From positions 3,712,001-3,776,000 of the forward strand of contig OZ251539.1 in NCBI GenBank assembly GCA_965243135.1: a stretch of DNA of 64,000 nt. The letters are read 5' to 3'. The stretch's first letter is position 1, and each line of letters opens with the position of its first letter. This document shows positions 52,285 to 60,475 of the stretch, piece by piece. Origin of the DNA: Alphaproteobacteria bacterium. GTDB taxonomy: Bacteria; Pseudomonadota; Alphaproteobacteria; MPNO01; UBA830. Below the pieces are notes generated by a model, which searched no databases, was not told the origin of the DNA, and worked only from the letters and a program-made list of their open reading frames with translations. The translations under genes were made by a program, and so were the position numbers.

Positions 52285-52920
52285 ATGAAATTCGAGGATT
52301 TAGTGGCCATCGTCGGCGACGAGCCGGTATTCGAGACCGGGTTGCTTTTGGCCGGCCGAAGCGACGCCGCACGCGTTCGGACCCAGCTGTCGCGCTGGAC
52401 GCGCACCGGCCGCGTTCTGCAACTGCGGCGCGGGCTATACACGCTGGCGCCGCCCTGGCGCAAGCGCGTCCCGCATCCTTTCCTCGTGGCTAACCGGCTT
52501 GTGCCCGGGTCGTACGTCAGCGGAGTTTCCGTTCTGGCCTTTGCCCTCGCGATTCCCGAGTACGTCGCGGAAGTCACCAGCGTCACCGGGAGGCGTCCGC
52601 ACCTTCGCTGGTTGCCCTCCGGGCGGTTCTCGTTCCGCTACCTCAAGCCGGTTTATCGATTTGGCTACCGCCAAGTGGACCTTGGGCACGGTCAGCAGGC
52701 ATTTGTGGCCGTCCCCGAGAAAGCGCTTCTCGACCTCGTTCATCTGCAACCCGGCGGCGACGACGAAGCCTGGCTTCTGGAACTGCGCCTGAACTTCGGG
52801 GCGCTCGACATGGATACCGTGGCCGCATTCGCAGCACGGTGGGGGACGCCGAAGATGGCGCGAACCGCCCGCTACCTCCGGGATCTGGCCGACCGCGATC
52901 CGGGGTACGAAACGCTATGA
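52285..52920 (+). CDS. abiEi: AbiEi-type type IV antitoxin
   Basis: QLSRW..LRRGLY wHTH, SYVS, PEKALLD. Confidence 0.82.
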   Translation: MKFEDLVAIVGDEPVFETGLLLAGRSDAARVRTQLSRWTRTGRVLQLRRGLYTLAPPWRKRVPHPFLVANRLVPGSYVSGVSVLAFALAIPEYVAEVTSVTGRRPHLRWLPSGRFSFRYLKPVYRFGYRQVDLGHGQQAFVAVPEKALLDLVHLQPGGDDEAWLLELRLNFGALDMDTVAAFAARWGTPKMARTARYLRDLADRDPGYETL

Positions 52921-53783
52921 AAGATCACCTTCAAGCGCTGGTTCGGAAATGCGACCCCTTGCAGGGGCGGAACGTCGCTCGCGAGTATTTGCAGGCACGC
53001 ATTCTGGAAGCGATGCAGCGCGCGGGCGCGATGACGTCGCTGGCGTTTCAGGGCGGAACCTGCTTGCGATTTCTCTTCGCTTTGCCCCGCTACTCGGAAG
53101 ACCTCGATTTCGCCTTGGAGGGCGAACCGTCGAAATACGAGTTGCGGCGATACCTGCAAGCCATCCGCGGAGCGCTTTCGGCCGAAGCGTACCGGGTCGA
53201 TCTGCGCGTCCGAGACCGTCATATCGTCCACCGCGCCCTGGTGGGTTTCCCGGGCCTGCTGCATGAGCTGGGCCTGTCGCCGCGCGCCTCGGAATCGCTC
53301 GCGATCGGGATCGAAGTCGACACCAACCCTCCGGCGGGCGCGGAGACGGCTATCGCTCTGGTGCGCCGCCATACGACGTTGAGGCTGCACCACCACGGCC
53401 AATCTTCCCTTCTGGCGGGCAAGTTGCACGCCGTTCTGCAAAGGCCCTACACCAAAGGACGGGATCTCTACGACCTCATCTGGTATCTCAGCGACCGCGA
53501 ATGGCCACCGCCCAACTTATCGCTGTTGAAAGCCGCGCTCACGCAAAGCGGTTGGGACGGCGAGGAACCGACCCCGGATTCCTGGCGTCGGACGGTCGGC
53601 CTGCGCCTGGAGGCGCTGGACTGGTCGCGCGCCGCGGCAGACGTGGCTCCCTTTCTGGAACGCCGGGAAGACATGGAACTGGTTACGAAGGAAAACGCGC
53701 TTGGCTTGCTCGCGCGGAAACAAACCGGCAATGCCCGCCCCGCCTCATCGCCAGTGGAGCGCTCAGGCAAACGGAAGGTTTGA
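52917..53783 (+). CDS. abiEii: AbiEii-type nucleotidyltransferase toxin
   Basis: FQGGTCLR, RYSEDLDF, KLHA, KGRDLYDL; ATGA overlap with the antitoxin. Confidence 0.88.
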   Translation: MKDHLQALVRKCDPLQGRNVAREYLQARILEAMQRAGAMTSLAFQGGTCLRFLFALPRYSEDLDFALEGEPSKYELRRYLQAIRGALSAEAYRVDLRVRDRHIVHRALVGFPGLLHELGLSPRASESLAIGIEVDTNPPAGAETAIALVRRHTTLRLHHHGQSSLLAGKLHAVLQRPYTKGRDLYDLIWYLSDREWPPPNLSLLKAALTQSGWDGEEPTPDSWRRTVGLRLEALDWSRAAADVAPFLERREDMELVTKENALGLLARKQTGNARPASSPVERSGKRKV

Positions 53784-54114
53784 GATCGCTTGGCGCGGGC
53801 CGACAGGCTTGGTGGGCGAGTGCGACGATGCGTGAGATCCTGTCGAGATTTCACGGGACGCCGGAGGCGAGCCTCCGGACGACAGAGGGAGCGGTTGCAG
53901 TCCGTCCGACCCGAAGAGCCGGAGCATAGAGAAAGAGCCACGAAGCGGCTCGACATGCCGCTCCCAGCGGCCCACCCGGCATCTCACATGCCCTGAACGG
54001 GGACAGACAACCCACCACATCTCGACGAGTACAGAGCCTCGGTTAGCGGCGGCATCCGCTCCGACGCGGATTCGCCCGACCGGGCGTCGAACGCTTCGCA
54101 CCCGAAAACCCCGA

Positions 54115-54832
54115 TCAAGGCAACTGAAGCTTCTTCCTCGGTCCCTGGAGGGCGCTCTGGCTGAGTCGGCGGGCTTGAGGGGAGTTCTTGGGAATATCGA
54201 CGCGGTCGTTGGCGATCCAGACGAAGCGGATGTCGGCGTCGGCGCGATCGGTCATCCGCTTGAGGCGCCCGGCTCCGGCATTCAACCAGTCCTGCAACCA
54301 TTGCAGCTTTCTGAGAACTTTGCTGTGTAACTACCCCGAACTGCCGGCCGCACAAAACCGTTCCGCGAATCGAAGATTTTTTCGCGGCGGCGCTCGCCGT
54401 TCGAGAGGAGCGTGACGCTGAGGGCAGCCCCGTATAGCCCTGTCTTCGCGCCGCGACGCCCGAACCCGGAACGGTTATGTCGGCGCATGATAGCGGCGCG
54501 ACGCCAGCAAAACCACCAGTTACATGCTACGGGGCGAGCAAGGGCCGATCATGAGCGTTTGTCCACTTCCTTCGTCGTCGCCGAATGGACCTCGATCCAG
54601 ACCGCCTGTTCCCGCCTTCCCGTCGCCAGCCGAGACCGTAATCCCAACGTGTGGCATTGGCGTAATCGGGCTGTCTCGCAAGCGCCGAGTCCAGATTGAT
54701 GCTTCCCGTCAATCGTCGTGGATTCTCGCAGGTCACGAGATCCCTGTGCCTGTTCTCCAGCGCTTGCTTGCCGACACGGTACGCGCCGTCCACCGGGGGC
54801 CGTTCGGCCCGCACAGCCCTTTCGAAGCTCAT
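54115..54832 (-). pseudogene. Uncharacterised nuclease-like partner of the ATPase, frameshifted and split
   Basis: RWDYGLG..[frameshift near 54612]..AVWIEVHSATTKEVDK|VLRKLQWLQDWL; ATGA overlap with the ATPase. Confidence 0.7.
54323..54557. mobile_element. 235-bp non-coding insertion (MITE-like)
   Basis: Flanked by TTTG direct repeats; removal restores the reading frame; nested inverted repeats inside. Confidence 0.65.
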
Positions 54833-56001
54833 GTCCCCTCGGGCGGCGCCCGGCCGGCGACCTCGGCAACGACATCCCCTACCCTGCCGGAGAACTCCGT
54901 CAGGCCGCCCCATCCGCCTTCGGCGTTGTCCTCGGAACCGGGGTCGAGGCCGGATATGTCGCGAACCACGCCGTCGCGTCCGAAGTAGTAGGTTTTGAAC
55001 ACGCTCTTGAGCGCGCAATCGGCCAACTTATTCGTCTTGGGAGAGCCGCTAAGTCCGAGAAGTTTCCGGACGTCTCTCGACGTTCCCTCATGATCCTGGA
55101 AGAACCGCAGCGCCCAAACGATGTCGAGGACATGGGGCGAATGGGTGGAGAGGCAAATCCGGTAGCCGCGCAACCGCAGCTCCATGACGAGATTCAACAC
55201 AGCGCCGATCCCATTCGGATGCAGCCCCATCTCCAACTCCTCGATGACGACCCATTCAAGACTGTCGCGAGTCGGCACTTTCGACGGCGGCAAGAGCCAG
55301 TAGAGCCCGAGCAGCAGCGGCACGAACTCACGCTGTCCGGCCGACCAGACCAGATACGGCAAAGCACAGCCGCCGTCTCTATTCAAAACCAGCCGGCCCT
55401 GATGTCCGGACGTATCTTTGCGCAAACTGAAATCGCCGAAAATATGTTCTTCCAAAGGTTCTCTCAGGACCTTATCCAACCGTCGCCGGCGCGGAAAAAC
55501 ATCTTTATCGAGACCGATTTCCGTCTGCACGATTCCGTGAATCTTTTCACTGAAATCACGGAGAACGAATGGATCTCCGGCTCTGAAATCGGTAAAAGGG
55601 CGAGTCACGCCATCGCGCAAGCTCATGACCCGCTGCGCGGGAATGTAAAACATCTTCTCCAGAGGATCAGTCCGGCCCGAACTCCGGCCCGGACGGGCGT
55701 AAGCCGACAGCTCGGTCGATTTTTTTCCTTGACCCAAAAACAGGCGGCTTTCATCGGACCAGATCGACTCCATGCCTTCTCCGAAATACAGATTAAGGAA
55801 CTTATCGATATATCCATGTTGCACCAAGCCGAAACGCCGCATGGTATTGTGAATCGCGGGTTTGTCCACGAGCAGTTTCAGGAGTTGCAGAATTATGCTC
55901 TTTCCGGTGGCCTGAGGCCCCACGAACACCGTCAGATCGCCGAACCTGATGTCGGCTTCCTTCACCGGCCCGATCCCGTTCGCTCTTACTCGTTCGATCA
56001 T
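54829..56001 (-). CDS. ABC/AAA_21-type ATPase
   Basis: VGPQATGKS, WSAGQRE, VIEELEMGLHP, STHSP. Confidence 0.85.
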   Translation of the reverse strand: MIERVRANGIGPVKEADIRFGDLTVFVGPQATGKSIILQLLKLLVDKPAIHNTMRRFGLVQHGYIDKFLNLYFGEGMESIWSDESRLFLGQGKKSTELSAYARPGRSSGRTDPLEKMFYIPAQRVMSLRDGVTRPFTDFRAGDPFVLRDFSEKIHGIVQTEIGLDKDVFPRRRRLDKVLREPLEEHIFGDFSLRKDTSGHQGRLVLNRDGGCALPYLVWSAGQREFVPLLLGLYWLLPPSKVPTRDSLEWVVIEELEMGLHPNGIGAVLNLVMELRLRGYRICLSTHSPHVLDIVWALRFFQDHEGTSRDVRKLLGLSGSPKTNKLADCALKSVFKTYYFGRDGVVRDISGLDPGSEDNAEGGWGGLTEFSGRVGDVVAEVAGRAPPEGT

Positions 56002-56099
56002 GGCCGCCTCGGCGTTATCCGTTCGACTCTTGGCATCAACCGCGTCACCGCCTCAAAAACTCGACGACATTGACTGCACAGTCGAACGCAGCATTATAG

Positions 56100-56433
56100 G
56101 GCGATTCGTACCACGCCGCAACCGCTTGTGGAAATGGGGAAGCTTACTTACGATACCGGCCTCTGGATCTCCGTTTTTCCGCCCGGGACAAGCAAGTGGA
56201 ACAAGATACCGAATGTTTCGTCACACACAACTGGCGTGGACGACCGCTGACAAGCCACGAGTTGGTCGTGAACTTCATCGGCCCGACGAAAAGCGGCTTG
56301 ACCCTCCGGTCCGAGTTGGACGAAAACAGCTCGGGCAATTGGTGACGGAGAAGGCTAGCCTGCCTCTCGAACGTGACAACTTCCATGGAGAGTGGAATTC
56401 TCGCCAAAATAAACATTTGGCGAGAATCCTAAG
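56100..56433 (+). mobile_element. ISAzo13-family transposase 3' remnant
   Basis: Fragments FPPGTSKWNK, NWRGRPLTS, FHGEWN across several frames. Confidence 0.75.
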
Positions 56434-56701
56434 CTGATCGGGCTGTTTCCGATCGGGTGTCGCCGTCGGACATCGTTCTCCGCGAAACGGAACGGGCCCT
56501 GGAATCGGGATTGTCCGAATCCGAAATCCCGAAAGTTTCGGGGCGCCTGGGCAGGACTTCGCCTTCGCCAATCGCGCCGTCGCAGTTCGGGCGGCGGCGA
56601 GTTACGGCAGCGGCAACGCGGACTTTCGCCTTGGCGGCGGCGACAACGGCGAGCGCGCCTCCCTGATTTTCGCGTTCCGGCCTCCGCGCGCCCTGCGGCC
56701 A

Positions 56702-57619
56702 TTACCCCACGCATTTCCGGAACGATGCGGCCATGGCGCGGACGAGGGAGAAATACAGTTCGGGGCCGTCTTCCATCGCCGCTCCGAGGGGATCGAGAAC
56801 GCCCGTCCGGGTATTCGTCCCCTCGACGACGACGTCGACGAGCGAAGAGGAAAACTGCGGTTCCCGGAAGACGCACGCCGCAGAGGTTTCGCGCGATCTC
56901 GCGCGAATCTCGGCGACGCGCTGCGCGCCCGGAAGACGTTCCGGAGCGAGCGCGATCGCCCCGGCGGCGGTCAGGCCGAAGCGTTCTTCGAAGTATTGGT
57001 AGGCATCGTGAAACACGATGAACGGTTTGCCTCGAACGGGCGCCAGCGTTTCGCCGACTTCCTTGATCAGCGCGTCCAGGCGGGAAGCGAGTTCCCGTCC
57101 GTTCTTCGCGTAGACCGAGGCGTTCGCCGGATCGAGCCAGACATGCAGGTCGTACGCCGCGTGCTGGCGGCGTTCGTCGTGGTGCTCGTCCGCTTCGGCG
57201 CGTTTGCCGTGGCCGTGGTTCTCGTCCGCTTCGGCGTGGTGCGCGTGGTCGTGGCGCTCGAAAGCGGCGTTCAGGCGGAGAGATCTCAAAACCATGCCCG
57301 GCGCGCGGAACAACGACACCACCCGGGCCTCGCGGCCAAGCGTCCGGATCGGACCGAACAGCGTGGCCTCGAAATCCTCGTCGACCCGGAAAATCACGCG
57401 AGCGTTTTCAAGCGCTTCGGCGTCGGAGGGCCGCAGGGCGTAGCCGTGAGGGGAAGCCGCGCCCTTAATCAGAAGATGAGGTTTCGCGACGCCGGCCGTG
57501 ACGAAACTCACCAGCGAGTGCAGCGGCTTGATCGTGGCGACGATCCCGTCGGCTGCCGCCGGGCTGCAGAAGCCGACGATAGCCAAGGCCAGCAGTTTTC
57601 CCGTAGTCTTTGCGTGCAT
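56702..57619 (-). CDS. znuA: Zinc ABC transporter substrate-binding protein
   Basis: TIKPLHSL, SPHGYALRPS, His-rich loop, HVWLDP, FHDAYQYFE. Confidence 0.88.
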   Translation of the reverse strand: MHAKTTGKLLALAIVGFCSPAAADGIVATIKPLHSLVSFVTAGVAKPHLLIKGAASPHGYALRPSDAEALENARVIFRVDEDFEATLFGPIRTLGREARVVSLFRAPGMVLRSLRLNAAFERHDHAHHAEADENHGHGKRAEADEHHDERRQHAAYDLHVWLDPANASVYAKNGRELASRLDALIKEVGETLAPVRGKPFIVFHDAYQYFEERFGLTAAGAIALAPERLPGAQRVAEIRARSRETSAACVFREPQFSSSLVDVVVEGTNTRTGVLDPLGAAMEDGPELYFSLVRAMAASFRKCVG

Positions 57620-57698
57620 GGTCGTATCCTTCCGGACGTACCGGCGGCGTCCGAAAGGAAGCGCGCATGCCCCTGACCTTCCGCGCCGGATGAATCTC

Positions 57699-57721
57699 GA
57701 AATGTTATATTATATCAACGT
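57699..57721. promoter_or_regulatory. Zur box
   Basis: GAAATGTTATA-T-TATATCAACGT upstream of znuA. Confidence 0.8.
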
Positions 57722-57886
57722 TCGTTGGCGCAATATCCCGCCTTCCGGTCTTTCCGCCGCCGAAAGCGGAATGGAGGCGCGTCCCTTCGGCGGGACCGGC
57801 CGTAGACGCGCGGCGGGCCGGGCCGTTTCCTCCGGAGATATCCGCCGTCCCGCGCGCCGGCTCGCCGACGATCGGGAAAGCGCGCC

Positions 57887-58750
57887 GTGAGCGGGCCGCA
57901 AGCGCGGCTTCTCGCGCGACGATTGCATTTGCAGCACGGGCCGATCGACCTGATCGTCGAGGCATTCGGCGCGACCGGCGAGGTGCGGGCGGCCTACCGT
58001 CAGGCGCAGGCGCGGTTCGCGACGGTGCTCGAAGAACTGGTGGAGGAACTTGAGCTCCTGCGGCGCGCGGTCGGACCGCGACGGTCGCGGCCTTGCGGCT
58101 CCGTCGCCGCGCGCATGGAGGCGGCGGTCTGGCCGCATCGGCGAGTCTTCGTGACGCCGATGGCGGCCGTCGCGGGCGCCGTGGCGGACGAAGTGCTCGC
58201 GGCAGCCGTGGCGAATCGAAAGCTCGCGAAGGCCTACGTCAACAACTCCGGCGATATAGCGGTTCACTTGCAACCCGGAGAAACGCTGCGCCTCGGAATC
58301 GTCGGCGACCTCGACCGGCCGGCGATCGACGGAACCGCCGCGATCGAGCCGGGAATCGGCGGCATCGCCACGAGCGGCTGGCGGGGACGCAGCCTTTCGT
58401 TCGGAATCGCCGATGCGGTGACGGCGCTGGCGCGGAACGCCGCGGCGGCCGATGCCGCGGCGACCGTAATCGCCAACGCGGTCGATGCGAACCACCCGTC
58501 GATCGCGCGGGTGCCGGCCTCGTCTCTGGACGACCTGACCGATCTGGGCGACAGGCGGGTAACGACGAGCGTGGGTCCGCTCGACGCCGCGACGGTCTCC
58601 GCCGCGCTCGACTCCGGTCAGGCATGCGCCGACCGGCTGGCCGCCGCCGGGTTGATATGCGGGGCCGCGTTGATTCTCCGCGGCGAGACCCGCGTCGCGG
58701 GATCGGCGGAACGCCTGCGCGCGGCGTCCGGGTGCGCTCAGATCACCTGA
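57887..58750 (+). CDS. UPF0280/ApbE-like family protein
   Basis: LQHGPIDL, TPMAAVAGAVAD, ATSGWRGRSLSFGIADAV. Confidence 0.88.
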   Translation: MSGPQARLLARRLHLQHGPIDLIVEAFGATGEVRAAYRQAQARFATVLEELVEELELLRRAVGPRRSRPCGSVAARMEAAVWPHRRVFVTPMAAVAGAVADEVLAAAVANRKLAKAYVNNSGDIAVHLQPGETLRLGIVGDLDRPAIDGTAAIEPGIGGIATSGWRGRSLSFGIADAVTALARNAAAADAAATVIANAVDANHPSIARVPASSLDDLTDLGDRRVTTSVGPLDAATVSAALDSGQACADRLAAAGLICGAALILRGETRVAGSAERLRAASGCAQIT

Positions 58751-59307
58751 TCGATGCGAGCTATTCCGAACTCGCAGGAATCGGCGAGAGCCACCCTGAG
58801 CATCCCGCCGTTTTCAAGGGCGGTCCGTTCGAGACCGCCGCGCTCCATCACGACCCTCGCCACCCCTCGACTCGAAACGATCAGCGGCCATCGCGGATAG
58901 AGCGGCGCCAGCGATCGGAACGCGGCCACCAAGCGGTCGCGAAAGACGACGGACGGCTCCCCGCCCGGAGGCGTTTCGCCGGCATCGAGCATCGGTCGCG
59001 TCGACTCGACGCTTCGCTCGTTCCATGCGCCCAGACGCCGCTCGATCAGCTGCGGTTCGGTGCGGATTTCGAACCCGAGCCCGCCGTTGACGAGGCGCGC
59101 GGTCTCCAACGTTCGCTTCAACGGCGCGGCGACGATGAGATCGGGCGTTTCGGCGAGGCGCCGCACCACCGCGTTCAGATCCCGCGCCTGCGCCCGGCCG
59201 AGTTCGGTCAACGGCGGATCCCTGTCGCCGCCCGACCGGACGCCGGCGCGGTTGGCCGTCGTCTCGCCGTGACGTATCAGAAAAAAACCGCAGCTACCGG
59301 GCTTCAT
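58738..59307 (-). CDS. Histidine phosphatase family protein
   Basis: IRHGET, PLTELGRAQA. Confidence 0.85.
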   Translation of the reverse strand: MKPGSCGFFLIRHGETTANRAGVRSGGDRDPPLTELGRAQARDLNAVVRRLAETPDLIVAAPLKRTLETARLVNGGLGFEIRTEPQLIERRLGAWNERSVESTRPMLDAGETPPGGEPSVVFRDRLVAAFRSLAPLYPRWPLIVSSRGVARVVMERGGLERTALENGGMLRVALADSCEFGIARIDQVI

Positions 59308-60457
59308 GAAACACTTTCCCTTCCGCGACGGGGCGGTGAACCCGGTCTTCGTCGAAAGGCCGGTCGTCGCCGATCCATTCGACGAGGCGTTCGGTCAGCG
59401 CACTGTCGCTCAGCGAAGGCGTATGTCCGGTATCCGACACCCGGATGACGGAGAGGCCGCCGCGCCGGCGCATCCGATCGACGGATTCCTCGGAGGTGGC
59501 GTCGCTGAGCATGCCGCGCAAGAGCAGAACGGGACACTTCACCGCCTGCCAGTCGTCCCAGAGATCGAGCGCGCTTCCGGCTTCGTTTCGGTAAGCCAGC
59601 AACGCGCGCAGATCGTGCCGGTAAACGCGTCCGTCCTCGTCGTCGGACCAGCGGGTCCGGTGATGGGCCGTGTGAAGCAGGACGGCGTCGGGCACCGGTC
59701 CGCCGTTTTTTTCCGCGGCGGCGGAACGGCGCAACATCTCCGCGGGATCGCGGAAAACGTAGTGCCGCGCCACGGCCCGCGCCCGCCGCGCCCGCCGCGC
59801 CGCGGGGATATAGGGAGCGCTGTCGTTGAGCACGATCCTGCGCACGCGGCCGGGATTCCGGGCGGCGAGCCTGACGGCCGCGGAGCCGCCGAGAGAAGAG
59901 CCGAGAAGGGTGCACGACTCGAGCCCCAGATGATCCATGAGCTGGACGATTTGCTCGACGTAAGAGTCGAGGTGGTAATCGCTTACTTCGGCGAGCCAGC
60001 CGCTGCGTCCGCGTCCGGCGTAATCGAGCGCGATTATCCGAAGCGACGGCGCGGCGTCCAGAGCCAGGAAGTCGAAGCGCTGGAGCACGTTGATAATTCC
60101 GCCGACCGCGATCACCGGTTCCCCGCTTCCTCCCGGATCGGCGTAGCAAAGCCGCACCGCATAGGGTTTGCCGACCCCCATGTCGGTATCCTGATGGGCG
60201 AGCCGGTGCCGGTAGACGAACCGCCGGAGCGGCGGGCGTTCGCCCATCGCCGCGACGACCGCTTCCACCATCGCGCCGTATTCGTCCCAATCCATGGTCT
60301 CCAGCGGGGGGCCGCGCCGGACGTACCATTCGCGCAAGGCGGCGCTCGCCCTGCGCGCCGCCGGGACGCCGGACGCGTTCACGTCGAAACCCGCGACCGC
60401 CGGCGGCCGCGCCCGGCCTTTTGCGCCTGCCTCATTGCGCCTTTCCGAAAGCGTCAC
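59294..60457 (-). CDS. Alpha/beta hydrolase
   Basis: GRGRSGW, GSSLGG nucleophile elbow, GHTPSL; start codon uncertain, next to an IS end. Confidence 0.82.
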   Translation of the reverse strand: MTLSERRNEAGAKGRARPPAVAGFDVNASGVPAARRASAALREWYVRRGPPLETMDWDEYGAMVEAVVAAMGERPPLRRFVYRHRLAHQDTDMGVGKPYAVRLCYADPGGSGEPVIAVGGIINVLQRFDFLALDAAPSLRIIALDYAGRGRSGWLAEVSDYHLDSYVEQIVQLMDHLGLESCTLLGSSLGGSAAVRLAARNPGRVRRIVLNDSAPYIPAARRARRARAVARHYVFRDPAEMLRRSAAAEKNGGPVPDAVLLHTAHHRTRWSDDEDGRVYRHDLRALLAYRNEAGSALDLWDDWQAVKCPVLLLRGMLSDATSEESVDRMRRRGGLSVIRVSDTGHTPSLSDSALTERLVEWIGDDRPFDEDRVHRPVAEGKVFHEAR

Positions 60458-60475
60458 TGACCGCGCTAGCTGGCA

